IMG/VR virus record: IMGVR_UViG_2639763081_000004
Span: 3,368-67,367 of that record
Direction: 5' to 3' (one strand)
DNA length: 64,000 nt
Source of the DNA: a virus
Lineage: Duplodnaviria > Caudoviricetes
The notes beneath the pieces were generated by a model. The model was given only the letters and a program-made list of their open reading frames with translations. It searched no databases and was not told where the DNA came from. The position numbers were made by a program, and so were the translations under genes. Of the stretch, positions 46,501 through 54,981 are shown piece after piece; the stretch's first letter is position 1; each line of letters starts with the position of its first letter.

Positions 46501-48741
46501 CTGGGCGACGAGTACGCCGGCCTGCGCGACATGGTGCTGGACGCGCCCAAGCTGTCCGATGCCCTGGAGCTGCTGACCACCACGCTGCAGGAGGATGCCA
46601 AGGCCAAGCCGGACCTGGCCGAACGGCTGCTGCAGTTGAACAACATGGTGGTGGACCGGGCAGCCACGGCCAAGGATCTGCAGGACGGCGGGTATGCGCC
46701 GCTGTCGCGTTTCGGCCGGTACACGCTGGACGTGGTGGATCAGGAGGGCAACCGCCAGTACTTCGGCATGTACGAGACCATGAAGGACGCCAACCTGGCC
46801 AAGATCCAGATGGCCCAGGCCTTCCCCGGTGCGGTGATCACGCAGGGCACCATGAGCCAGCAGTCCTTCAAGCTGTTCGCGGGCATCACGCCCGAGACGC
46901 TGGAGATCTTCAAGGACATGGTCGTGGGCAAGGAAGCCGACGCGGCCACGCGCAAGGTGTTCGATGAATACCTGAAGCTGACCAAGAACAACCACAGCGC
47001 CTTGAAGCGCCTGATCCAGCGCAAGGGCATCGAGGGCTACAGCCAGGACGTGGGCCGCGTGGTGGCCAACTTCATCTACAGCAATGCGCGCCAGGGCGCG
47101 GCGGGCCTGAACGCGGGCACGATGGATCGCGCGATCAACGACATCCCGAAGGAACAGGGCGAACTGAAGGACCTGGCCATGGGCCTGCGCAGCTACATCC
47201 GCGATCCCCAGGAAGAGGGCCAAGCCGTGCGCGGCATGCTGTTCGCGCAGTACCTGGGCGGCTCACTGGCCTCGGCCGCCGTGAACATGACCCAGCCCTT
47301 TGCGGTGACGCTGCCTTGGCTCAGCCAGTTCGGGGGCATGCGCGCGGCCAGCGGCCAAATGACACGGGCACTGAACGATATGCGTCGATCCTGGATGGAC
47401 AAGGGCTTTCGCTATGAGACGGACTTGGCCCATGCCCTGCAAACTGCCGAAGACGATGGCGTGGTCTCGCCGCAGGAAGTGCACCAGCTCATGGCCCAGG
47501 CGCGCGGCGCGGGCGGCCTGCGCTCTGGCGACGGCACGCGGTCCGGCGATGCGCGCGCGGCGGCCGGCAATGCCTGGGAACGCGCCAAGGTGGCCTGGGG
47601 TCAGCCCTTCGCCCTGGCCGAGCAGTTCAACCGGCGCTCCACCTTCATCGCGGCCTTCCGTATCGCCAAGGCCCAGGGGATGGATGACCCGGGCGCCTTC
47701 GCGCGCAAGGCCGTGCTGGAGACCCAGTTCGTCTACTCCAAGGCGGCGAAGCCTGTCTGGGCGCGCGGCGCCGTGGGCGGCACGCTGTTCACATTCAAGA
47801 CCTATTCCGTCAGCTACCTGGAACTGATGCAGCGCATGTGGAAGCAGGGCGGCCCGGAGGGCAAGCGTGCCGTGGGCTGGGCCCTGGTCATGCTGCTGCT
47901 GATGGGCGGCGCCGGCGGCGTGCCCTTCATGGAGGACGCCGAGGACCTGATCGACGGCGTGGGCCAGATGATGGGCTACAACCTCAGTTCCAAGCAGTGG
48001 CGCAAGGAGGCGCTGGCCGGCATCGTGGGCAAGGAGCTGGCCGAGTTTATGGAGCAGGGCATCTCTGGTCTGCCAGGCGCTCCCATCGACGTGTCCGGGC
48101 GCCTGGGCATGGGCAACCTGCTGCCCGGCACAGGCCTGCTGCTGACCAAGCAGAGCCGCGAGCGGGATCTGCTGGAGGTTGTGGGGCCGGCGGGCGATCT
48201 GGTGTCCCGCGGCTTCGCGGCAGGACGCGAACTGGTGGGTGGGGTGATGAATCTGGACCCGTCTGCAGCGGGCCGCGCTGCGCTGGAAGTGTCTCCCACG
48301 GCCGTGCGCAATGCGTTCAAGGGCGCGGACATGGCCGCCAGCGGCATGTACAAGGACACCAAGGGCTACAAGGTGATCGACACCACGCTGGCCGAGGCGG
48401 TGGCCAAGGCTGTCGGCTTCCAGCCCAAGAGCGTGGCCGAGGTGCAGGAAGCCAACAGCTTCATGCAGCGGTCCAAGAGCTTCTACAGCCAGACCAGCAG
48501 CGAGATCAAGGCGCAGTGGGCGGATGCGCTGTTCCGCAAGGACGAGGGCGCCCTGGCGCGCGTGCGCGAACGGCTGGCCGATTGGAACAAGAACAATCCG
48601 GAGCAGCCCATCGTCGTGAAGATGCCGGACATCTGGAGGAAGGTTCGCGAGATGGGCAAGGACCGGACAGACCGCATTGCGGACAACTCGCCCAAGGCGC
48701 TTCGTCAGCAGATGCGGGAGATGGCAGCGGAGGCGCGGTAG
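40564..48741 (+). CDS. Giant polyvalent internal virion protein (inorganic pyrophosphatase-like, zincin, PRTase-like, PLxRFG domains)
   Basis: NYKKGH..ISIENP.GS, YGY..G..GADKDHVDVF, FDEHK; HHEVLGHHGL..EEVLAE; LLVDDTLTQGGT; YAPLSRFG. Confidence 0.9.
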   Translation: MSEIDDILKGAPAHKTDAPPSAALAGQSAKPTSEIDDIMKDAPTTARGLKGWARDIGAGLVDTAIGVPEALVGLADIPTGGRVGKFLENKDGAVGLRFKDAREVTSGWYSDATQEAERKVQQADGIVDKTVAAIQNPSVIAKTVGTSLGAMGAGGAAARGIAAIPRVAAMGARGAAAAGALGEGVVGAGSAAEQIRQQTDDGLLTPGQVAAAAATGAATAGFGYAGGRVAQRLGIGDAETMLAQGNKGIAKQFADDAATAASNPLLQQRAVKSIPRQVIEGAISESFLEELPQSVAEQIFQNLALGKDWSQDVDTAVVLGTLSGAAMGGGAAGYRAAREPRAGAAEPGQAVDAAGQQDLQAAPDIAGTPDVAAAAPAPGAAAEPDAPVPNAGLDAVRREFEARMSQLQQEEGGEPEVPQSAPPDGAAAMAQLRAAEQAQRDAEASANRAVESPDNEILQSTGAAPVPASRAMGLDPAAGSLSAAAALAVDSGAAAQTQQASAMAQAAEEAARAPAKKNATERQVTADPATGEIQGGAMATWTDEDLSNAFRSAQAKNVRLQLARELSRRRAERDQQTPATAPAASANPSTQQGSIDGTQADQTQPPRAESSPAAGAQGAPVARPGPAQELTNGTTSSQHDGAQAGAAPGPQAQAPVQTPAQRIDAGRAAWASMPTAERKALAQRVGGVNAALKGSLHGARWENLNAELQLRLADAMQPQGATNDSTAPAVRVADERPPGPAAAAEAGGGEPTGRAPDAQSAGPRGGVAGQPAAGVQPALPGRSGASEQTAAVAPAAAPAPTAGEQQAVAIAKEGNDARRAQLLAASERWTSMPAAERQAVAKAAKGLNAPARAGAHTRAWADLAPKVREKLAAAMPDAAAAPAAPAAPAAPAAPAAPAAPAAPAAPAAPAAPAAPAAPAAPAAPAAPAAPAAPAAPAAPAAPAAPAAPAAPAAPAAPAAPAAPAAPAAPAAPAAPAAPAAPAAPAAPAAPAAPAAVEAAAREAATSQANDLPEPTDAQKEAGNYKKGHVRLNGLDISIENPAGSRRRPEWPPLKNHYGYFKGSVGADKDHVDVFMTDRASDPDLPVFVVDQVNRDGSFDEHKVVLGAVDEAGARSTYLGNYEKGWTGLGGITQMTQDEFRSWLRDPAKTKKPAGTLLGAAPAPTKKPRGVLAKKAAAEEAARADYFTPGNIVKGYGDSHVRVVSYTPANADGVWSVTVRQVEKQGSGWQDVPGVRERTHATQPSARELKAGPVERAEELPFRRGESDGQGLTDDQMANLLRIMRPEPTAFSDAARAQAVGQVRETVDAIRKGWSNGPEVVVAFDMNDPAVPDAARRADLRQRSGGASGAPEGFYWRGKAYLLASKLNTPADAARVLHHEVLGHHGLRGMFGPELNKILNQVATMRHAEVAAKIKEYGLRGVTDLSRRHAAEEVLAEMAEKTPQLHFVQRAVAAIRNWLRANVPGFGRLKLSDADIIQGYILPARDFVERGQRAATDRIEPVFSRSDSPAATPDAIIGSTLGSASKHPDYAAAKAGDVAAATRLAVDLVTPEMVAKVADALGGARPRVLPVAAEESSGRNKIPRAVAEVLAARLGLETATGIVQANRARRTGLDGLDRIFAPVDFAGTVEPGDYLLVDDTLTQGGTFAALASHIREGGGDVVGVVALTGKQYSAKIQPSPETLASLRQKHGDLEDQFRAATGYGFDALTESEARYLARFEPAQRLRDRIAEEGRRGSERADQGNPRQGDAGDELSFSRSRLSEIKDSALDQLQKTMSHPGKVSLWDKTIGTMRHLAERAPAFKPVYETAQRNIDDVSMLANDAADRAPRLLPRVDTISDLVGKNRKTPVSAADNKAVAKPLFEGTLLWGRDVDGKAVLVDELTKKYGNLPADDKAQLLLRAGRLDDRMLRAWRGRPLAQYEALVNSRFESKMLKAGAVWTDAELQTMFGATPNQIALYREARAAIDRSIDMTARADMMRALGDEYAGLRDMVLDAPKLSDALELLTTTLQEDAKAKPDLAERLLQLNNMVVDRAATAKDLQDGGYAPLSRFGRYTLDVVDQEGNRQYFGMYETMKDANLAKIQMAQAFPGAVITQGTMSQQSFKLFAGITPETLEIFKDMVVGKEADAATRKVFDEYLKLTKNNHSALKRLIQRKGIEGYSQDVGRVVANFIYSNARQGAAGLNAGTMDRAINDIPKEQGELKDLAMGLRSYIRDPQEEGQAVRGMLFAQYLGGSLASAAVNMTQPFAVTLPWLSQFGGMRAASGQMTRALNDMRRSWMDKGFRYETDLAHALQTAEDDGVVSPQEVHQLMAQARGAGGLRSGDGTRSGDARAAAGNAWERAKVAWGQPFALAEQFNRRSTFIAAFRIAKAQGMDDPGAFARKAVLETQFVYSKAAKPVWARGAVGGTLFTFKTYSVSYLELMQRMWKQGGPEGKRAVGWALVMLLLMGGAGGVPFMEDAEDLIDGVGQMMGYNLSSKQWRKEALAGIVGKELAEFMEQGISGLPGAPIDVSGRLGMGNLLPGTGLLLTKQSRERDLLEVVGPAGDLVSRGFAAGRELVGGVMNLDPSAAGRAALEVSPTAVRNAFKGADMAASGMYKDTKGYKVIDTTLAEAVAKAVGFQPKSVAEVQEANSFMQRSKSFYSQTSSEIKAQWADALFRKDEGALARVRERLADWNKNNPEQPIVVKMPDIWRKVREMGKDRTDRIADNSPKALRQQMREMAAEAR
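42731..42940 (+). CDS. Nested +1-frame small ORF inside giant gene
   Basis: AAGGAG 6 nt before ATG; 69-aa globular-looking sequence while host frame is low-complexity linker. Confidence 0.5.
   Translation: MIQPHLQYGWQMNAHQALRLLRRLGAVSRQDARQMRSLLGREVALPDSLLPACNLLYLAEVAPANRLPL
43201..43542 (+). repeat. Perfect tandem repeat (GCAGCACCT)x38 encoding (Ala-Ala-Pro)38
   Basis: 342 bp of identical 9-mers, in frame. Confidence 0.97.
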
Positions 48742-48746
48742 GACTT

Positions 48747-48789
48747 GCCCCTTGCAGGGTTGGCCTTGAAAGGGCGGCATTGGAAGACT
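48747..48789 (+). promoter_or_regulatory. Putative late promoter copy 5
   Basis: GCCCC-TTGC-AGGGTTGG-N20-AAGACT. Confidence 0.65.
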
Positions 48790-48817
48790 GCGGGAATTCA
48801 CTTCGCAGGAGCTTCCA

Positions 48818-49618
48818 ATGTCGAACACCAGCTATCCGAAGGGCATGGAGAAGCTTCTCTCCGGCTCCATCAATGTCTCCACTGACACCTTGAAGGCCGC
48901 GCTGCTGCCCAGCGGCTACGCCTTCAGCGTGTCGCATGAGTTCGTGAGCCAGCTCGGCTCGATCATCGGCACGGCCCAGCCCCTGCTCAACAAGACGATC
49001 ACCGGCGGCGTGCTGGACGCGGACGACCTGGACTTCGGTGCCCTGGCGCCAGGTTCGACCATCGGCTCGGTCGTGATCTTCAAGGACACGGGCAACACTT
49101 CCACGTCGCCGGTGCTGTTCTTCCTGGACACCGTGACCGGGCTGCCCATGGCCACCAACGGCGGCGCCGTGACCATTCCCTGGGACAACAACATCAAGAA
49201 GATCGCACGGCTCAATCTGCCGATCTACCCGAAGGGCGCGGAGAAGATGTGGGCGGGCTCCATCAACTTCTCTGCAGACGACATCAAGGTGGCGCTGTTG
49301 CCCAGCTCCTACGTCTACGACGCTGCCCACGAGTTCTTACCGGACGTGGGTGCCGTGATCGGCACGGCCCAAGCGCTCGCCAGCAGGACCGTGACGGGCG
49401 GCGTGTTCGACGCGGCCGATGCCAACTTCGGCGCGCTTGCCAGCGGCTCGACCATTGGCAGCGTGGTGCTCTACAAGGACACGGGCACGGCAGCCACGTC
49501 GCCGCTGATCGCGCGCGTGACGGATGTGCTGGGCCTGCCGCTGGCCACCAATGGCGGCGGCCTGGTGGTGCAGTGGTCCAACGGCGCCGCGCGCATCTTC
49601 TCGCTGGTGCCGGCGTAA
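48818..49618 (+). CDS. Virion structural protein with tandem domain duplication
   Basis: Two ~130-aa units each YPKG.EK..GSIN...KDTG...GLP.ATNGG; AGGAG SD. Confidence 0.8.
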   Translation: MSNTSYPKGMEKLLSGSINVSTDTLKAALLPSGYAFSVSHEFVSQLGSIIGTAQPLLNKTITGGVLDADDLDFGALAPGSTIGSVVIFKDTGNTSTSPVLFFLDTVTGLPMATNGGAVTIPWDNNIKKIARLNLPIYPKGAEKMWAGSINFSADDIKVALLPSSYVYDAAHEFLPDVGAVIGTAQALASRTVTGGVFDAADANFGALASGSTIGSVVLYKDTGTAATSPLIARVTDVLGLPLATNGGGLVVQWSNGAARIFSLVPA

Positions 49619-49630
49619 GGAGGCAGGGCC

Positions 49631-50662
49631 ATGGACCTGTTTTCCAACAACGCCGAGACCAGCACGGTCTCGGCCCTGACCAACGACAGCGGTGATCCGG
49701 GGTACGGCACGATCGTGACGACGGGCGCGGGCCTGGACGGCTTTGCCAACCCCAGCGGCACGCGCTCCCTGCGCGCGACCATCACGGACGCCACCATGCC
49801 CGGACAGTGGGAGGTCGTCACGATCCGCCAGATCGATGGCGTGAACCTGATCGTGGATCGCGGGGTAGAACTGCCATGGGATGCCGGCGGCCCCATGGCT
49901 TGGCCTGCTGGTGCCAAGGTCAGCGTGCGGCTCACGGCGGGCATGCTGGAGTCCTTCATGCAGATGCAAGAGTCGGGCTTCTTCGGCCAGGTCCTGAGCG
50001 GCGCTGACCGGTTCGCGGCACTCGGCTATCCCGCTCTCAAGAGCGCGTGGCCGCAATTGCTGGCGAATCCCACGTCCGACTGGCACCGCGCGGGCAACGG
50101 CCTGCCCATCGTGGGCGGCTCAATGTTCGTGGACCTGGGAACGCCGCCGGCTTGGGCTGCGGGCAACTTCGCCCACGGGGACGTGGTGGTGCCGGGCACA
50201 CCCGATGGCTGCCAGTACTGGGCCTGCACCAACCAATCGAACGCGGTGTATGCGGATGCGGTGCCGGACTTCCAGGGCATGGGCACGCATGTGCCGCTGG
50301 ACCCCTCCTATCCGTCCTTGGGCTACTGGGTGCCAGTGCAGATGCCGGTGGACCTGCTGGTGCGGCTGGAGGGCGTGCGCATCGTGGTCGAGGAGGTCGG
50401 GTTCATCGCCAGTGTGGTGACGGCCAGCACGCCACCAACGGTCTCCATCGGCTCGGACCTTGGGTTCTCCGATGCGCGGCCAACGCGCTTTGCCAATGCG
50501 GTCTCGCTGTCGCAGATCACGGCCGGCGGCGAGTCCCACCGCATCCCCATCGCTGTCGGCGGGCAGTTGTCGGATTCCCTGACCTTCCGAGTAGACACGC
50601 CTGCTGCTGGTGGCCGGTTCTCGGGCCGGTTCTACTGGCGCGGGTTCTACGTCGAGGGCTGA
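49631..50662 (+). CDS. Putative tail fibre/structural protein
   Basis: FSNNAE, EVV, V.RG.E, AWPAGAKV..RLTAG anchor-like N-terminus; AAGGAGG SD. Confidence 0.7.
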   Translation: MDLFSNNAETSTVSALTNDSGDPGYGTIVTTGAGLDGFANPSGTRSLRATITDATMPGQWEVVTIRQIDGVNLIVDRGVELPWDAGGPMAWPAGAKVSVRLTAGMLESFMQMQESGFFGQVLSGADRFAALGYPALKSAWPQLLANPTSDWHRAGNGLPIVGGSMFVDLGTPPAWAAGNFAHGDVVVPGTPDGCQYWACTNQSNAVYADAVPDFQGMGTHVPLDPSYPSLGYWVPVQMPVDLLVRLEGVRIVVEEVGFIASVVTASTPPTVSIGSDLGFSDARPTRFANAVSLSQITAGGESHRIPIAVGGQLSDSLTFRVDTPAAGGRFSGRFYWRGFYVEG

Positions 50663-50666
50663 TCTC

Positions 50667-51530
50667 ATGAGCTACCCGCTCATCAACGGCGCAGCCATCA
50701 ACGGCGAGGAGGCTGGCGAGGCCACGGTCGGCATTGACTTGGTGACCTTTGGCCAAGCCGTCGCCGTGCCTGCGCTGTTGGCAGCCGGCGCGCAGCCGAT
50801 GGAGCTGGGCACGCCGCGCATCGTGCTACCCCTGCGCCCGCCAGGCCTGGATCTGGTGAGCTTCGGGCAGGCCACGGCGCGCTACAACACGGCCCTGCAG
50901 CCGCCGGGCATTGATCTCGTCACAGGGGGGCAAGCTATGGCGGAGATGGTGCTTGAGGCGCAAGGCGCGCAGCCGCTTGAGTTGGGCGCGCTGCGCGTGC
51001 GCAATGGCTTGGACGCATCCCTGGGCATCGAAGGGCTGGACCTCGTTCGCACGGACTTCGCAGTCATCACGCTGGAGCAGGTCGCACCCGACCAGGTGGT
51101 GCAGGCCCGCAGCGGCCGCCCGCTGGAGATGGGCACGCCGGAGGCTCGGCCCGGCGCAGTGACGGTGCAAGCCGTCAGCGCGCAGCCCCTGGTGCTGGGC
51201 GCGCCGGGCGCAGGTATCCGGCTGCAGGCCCAGGGTGCGCAGGCGCTGGAACTCGGCATGCCCGCCGCGGGCATTCGCCTGCAGGCCAGCGCCGCCCGGC
51301 CTCTGGAGCTTGGCGTGCCGACGGTGGCTGTGGCGTTGGTGGTTGAGGGCATCGACCTCGTGCGCGCGGGCACGGCCAGCATCGCGCTGCCCACCGCGCA
51401 GCTGCTGGCCGCCAGCGCCTATGTCCTGGAGTTGGGCACGCCCGGCCTGCCTTCCACAACCGTCCGCACACGCGCCAGTTTCCCGCTGCAGCTGGGCATG
51501 CCGGCCGTGGCCAGGGAGAACACATGCTGA
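50667..51530 (+). CDS. Repetitive beta-rich structural protein
   Basis: INGAAING start; repeated PLELG.P and GIDLV units. Confidence 0.7.
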   Translation: MSYPLINGAAINGEEAGEATVGIDLVTFGQAVAVPALLAAGAQPMELGTPRIVLPLRPPGLDLVSFGQATARYNTALQPPGIDLVTGGQAMAEMVLEAQGAQPLELGALRVRNGLDASLGIEGLDLVRTDFAVITLEQVAPDQVVQARSGRPLEMGTPEARPGAVTVQAVSAQPLVLGAPGAGIRLQAQGAQALELGMPAAGIRLQASAARPLELGVPTVAVALVVEGIDLVRAGTASIALPTAQLLAASAYVLELGTPGLPSTTVRTRASFPLQLGMPAVARENTC

Positions 51531-52690
51531 CCTTCGAGAAATTCAGCGGCATCAACAACGTGCTGCCCGAACACCGTATGGGTGGCGACGCGCTGCTGGC
51601 GGCCGAGAACGTGGACATCGGGCTCACGGGCGAGATCACGCGCCGCGCCGGCCTCACCCAGGTATCCGACCTCTGCCACAAGAACCTGCACCAGGCCCGC
51701 GGCTTCATGCTCGCCACGGTGGGCTCGCAGCTGGTGGCGATCCATCCCGACGGCGCGCGCCACGTCATCCACCCATCCCTTGGGCCTGAGCGGGTCTGGT
51801 ACTGCAACCTTCCCGACGGCCGCACGACTTGGACAAATGGCCTGATCCAAGGTGTGACCGATGGCTTGGCCAACCAGGAGCGCAGCGTGCCCACGCCGGC
51901 GGGCCTGGGCGCGCCAGACGCGGCCTTCGGGCAGTTGCACCCGGGCCAGTACCGCTACCACCTCAGCCATGTCCGCCTGGCTGACCGGCTCGAAGGCCCG
52001 GCCATCAGCTCGGCACCCATTGAGATCGCCGACGGTGGCCTGCGCCTGGACGGTCTGCCGGTGCGCGAGGGTTACGCCTTGAACGTCTACCTCTCCGGCC
52101 AGGGCGGGGAGGGTGCCTATCTGGCCGGCGTTGCCATGGGCAGCAGCTTTGAAGTCGGCGGCCCTAATTCGGCCCTGGTGCTGCCCTGCCGCACGCTAGG
52201 CGCTCAGCCGTTCCCCGTGGGCACCATCACCGCCGCGTGGCGTGGGCGCGTGCTTGTCGCCCAGGGCAATGTGCTGTGGGCCAGCCGGCCTATGGCGCCG
52301 CAACTTGCCGACTGGCGAGACTGCCGGCCCATGCCCGCGCCGATCACCGGCATCGTCCCCGTGGACGATGGCATCTATGTGGGCACGGCCGAGGATCTGG
52401 TGTTTCTGTCGGGGACGACGTTCGACCAACTGGCCTACCTGGAGCGCAAGACTGGCCCCGTGGTACCGGGCTCGGCCGTCACTGCGCCCGGCCGCTACCT
52501 GAAGCTGGGCGACGGCACCGGCTCGGGGCCCGCAATGGTGTGCATCGCGGGCGGCGAGATCGTCGCCGGCTTCGCGGGTGGCCAGACCTTCAGTCTCACG
52601 GCCAACCGCTTCAAGACGCCGATGGTCGAAGTCGCTGCCACGTTCCGGGTGGTTGATGACATCCCGCAGTATCTGGCGGTGCCGCAATGA
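51524..52690 (+). CDS. Putative tail tube/nozzle protein
   Basis: FSGINN, A.NVDI...G...RR.G N-terminus; beta-propeller-like; synteny. Confidence 0.65.
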   Translation: MLTFEKFSGINNVLPEHRMGGDALLAAENVDIGLTGEITRRAGLTQVSDLCHKNLHQARGFMLATVGSQLVAIHPDGARHVIHPSLGPERVWYCNLPDGRTTWTNGLIQGVTDGLANQERSVPTPAGLGAPDAAFGQLHPGQYRYHLSHVRLADRLEGPAISSAPIEIADGGLRLDGLPVREGYALNVYLSGQGGEGAYLAGVAMGSSFEVGGPNSALVLPCRTLGAQPFPVGTITAAWRGRVLVAQGNVLWASRPMAPQLADWRDCRPMPAPITGIVPVDDGIYVGTAEDLVFLSGTTFDQLAYLERKTGPVVPGSAVTAPGRYLKLGDGTGSGPAMVCIAGGEIVAGFAGGQTFSLTANRFKTPMVEVAATFRVVDDIPQYLAVPQ

Positions 52691-54534
52691 GCATCTGGGA
52701 CCCGCACACCTATAAGCCCGGCGGCGTGCCCATCGGCGCGGTGGCCCCGCCGGCGCTGCGCGTGCACGGCTCGCCGGCCTCGGCCAACCAGCTTGGTATG
52801 GCTCAGGCGGCCTTTTACCGCTTCTGCATGATGGCGCGGCTGTCGGTCGTGCCCAATCCAGTGGAGGCCGGTCGGCTGCCCGACGGCACGGCCTATCGCA
52901 TCGGGCGCATCGGCAACTCGACCACCATGGAGATCTGGCCGGAGGATGCGGCGAACGAGCGCGAGAGCGGGATCGGCATCACCATGGTGGACTTGCTAGG
53001 CGATCTTGTGCCGGAGCTCACGCACTCCAACGGGACGAGCCCGCAGCCCTTCATCCTCACGCCGGCAGTAGTTCCTGGCACACGCATCTGTACCGGGCGC
53101 TGGCGTGTTCGCAAGGTCAACGGATACAACGGCGGCAAGGCCGTGTTCCAGACACGCCTGCCTGACCTCTACCTCACAGGAGTGGATGGGGTATCCACCT
53201 TCTTCCAGTTGCCGCCCCCTCCGAGCTTCGATGCCTTGGGCGGCACCAATATGCGCGCCTATCGCTATGGCACCTACGGGCCTGGATTCAGTGTCTACAG
53301 CGTGCGCCGCCCCGTGGCTGAGTTTCGATCCGACGCCGAGCCACTGCCATTTTTCCGCAAGCACTCCAATGGCTCCCTTTGGATCATGCAGGCCGTGGCC
53401 AAATTTGCAGGAGGACCGCAGCGCATCGAGTTGTGGGGCCAGCAGTACCGCCCGCCAGGCGGCACAGTTGGGGAGTTGGTCGCCACGTTGCCCATTCCCG
53501 CAGGCCACACCGTCAAATGGGACTCGCTGTCCTCCAGCGCAGACGGCCAACGATTGCGCGCTGTGTTCACCACGGTATTGGGCAATTTCCTGCTCGTTGA
53601 TCTGGCCGTTGGCGATGCCAGTCTTTCAATTGTCACCACTTCAGAGCGCGGCTCTCGTATCGAAGGATGGGAGGTTTCCACCAACACCGGCACTGAGCTG
53701 GAGCCCAACATCACGGGCACCCGCATGGGCCCTATCTCCTTTGGCAATGCCACCTATGGCTACGACGGCAAGGGGCGGGATTTCGAGGTTCTGCTGGGTG
53801 GGGGCGGGAGGCTGGAGCACTGGACATACCGGGAGTCATTTTCGGGTGAAGTGATTGGTGTAGACCCGATCCGGGGGCCGATCACGCTTGAGAATGAGGG
53901 CCTGTTCCTGACGGGCGACTACTCGGATCCGGGGGGGCTCATCCGCATCAATGGTCACGACATCACATTCCCCAGCGTGGCGGGGCAAAGCAGTAGCGAA
54001 TTGCTTGTCACGCGAACCGTCGCAGATGGCGTGACCCTCACATACGCAGCCTCCGGATTCATCCGAGACTGGGCAGAGTCGTGGCAGATGCTGCAGGTGC
54101 TGTTTTTCGATCCCACTACAGAGTTGGTGATCCAGGCTCAGAAGATTCAACGCGGCGACTATTCGGCGGTGTATGAATCCGCTCAGACATCTGACGGCAA
54201 TTGGTATCCACTCGCGGTGCCATCCAGGCTGGAGGGCACGGTCTACACAAATCGTGGGGAGGTGCTCGTGCAGTGCCGGGGCCAGATCGTCGCCAGCATC
54301 GATATTTCAGATGCTGATCCCCACTATTTCGCAGTGTCGGCCGCGGTAGACCCCTGGACCGGCGCTGTCTGCGCCAATCTCATGCAGTACACGGCAGAGG
54401 ACCGCCAGACGGTGCTGCGCAGCTGGATCTTTGTTGCCGACGACACCGGCGCCCGGGAACTGCACACCATCATGAAGATGCCGATGGACCACACGGCGCG
54501 CGTGCGCACCGACGAAAGCCTGATTTCCGTATGA
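52687..54534 (+). CDS. Putative tail-associated protein
   Basis: ATGA overlaps; beta-rich. Confidence 0.65.
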   Translation: MSIWDPHTYKPGGVPIGAVAPPALRVHGSPASANQLGMAQAAFYRFCMMARLSVVPNPVEAGRLPDGTAYRIGRIGNSTTMEIWPEDAANERESGIGITMVDLLGDLVPELTHSNGTSPQPFILTPAVVPGTRICTGRWRVRKVNGYNGGKAVFQTRLPDLYLTGVDGVSTFFQLPPPPSFDALGGTNMRAYRYGTYGPGFSVYSVRRPVAEFRSDAEPLPFFRKHSNGSLWIMQAVAKFAGGPQRIELWGQQYRPPGGTVGELVATLPIPAGHTVKWDSLSSSADGQRLRAVFTTVLGNFLLVDLAVGDASLSIVTTSERGSRIEGWEVSTNTGTELEPNITGTRMGPISFGNATYGYDGKGRDFEVLLGGGGRLEHWTYRESFSGEVIGVDPIRGPITLENEGLFLTGDYSDPGGLIRINGHDITFPSVAGQSSSELLVTRTVADGVTLTYAASGFIRDWAESWQMLQVLFFDPTTELVIQAQKIQRGDYSAVYESAQTSDGNWYPLAVPSRLEGTVYTNRGEVLVQCRGQIVASIDISDADPHYFAVSAAVDPWTGAVCANLMQYTAEDRQTVLRSWIFVADDTGARELHTIMKMPMDHTARVRTDESLISV

Positions 54535-54980
54535 ACACCCTCGTCTGCAACACCCTGAGCGGCGCAGTTTCCGAGTACACGCGCCACGATTTCCATGCGT
54601 TGACGCCGACCCATGGCGGCAGCGCCACTGGCCTATATGCCTTGGCCAGCGGTGATACCGACGACGGCCTACCCATCGTCGCCGAGCTGCGGCTGCCAGC
54701 AACCATCCGCGAGAACACGCTGAAAAAGCACCTGGAGATGGTCTATCTGTCCATGCGGGGGCGCGGCCGCGCGCAGTTCGCGGTGCTTGGGCCGAACGCG
54801 GAGCGCTGGGCCTACAGCTTCCCCCTCGTGGCCTCCGGCCAGACGCGGTGCCAGCCAGGCCGCGGCATCCGCCAGAACTACCTGGGCTTTGGCCTGAGCA
54901 CTCCGGCTGGCCAGGCCTTCACGCTCGATCGCATTGAGGTTGCGACCGTGTCTTCGAAAAACCGTCGCGTAGGAGCCTGA
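54531..54980 (+). CDS. Putative tail-associated protein
   Basis: ATGA overlap; synteny. Confidence 0.65.
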   Translation: MNTLVCNTLSGAVSEYTRHDFHALTPTHGGSATGLYALASGDTDDGLPIVAELRLPATIRENTLKKHLEMVYLSMRGRGRAQFAVLGPNAERWAYSFPLVASGQTRCQPGRGIRQNYLGFGLSTPAGQAFTLDRIEVATVSSKNRRVGA

Positions 54981-54981
54981 C

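Noticed and set aside
43852-47223. 1123-aa minus-strand ORF and similar long antisense ORFs (e.g. 26085-28094, 40495-42720, 54919-56709)
   Set aside because: Shadow frames of high-GC genes with clear motifs on the opposite strand.
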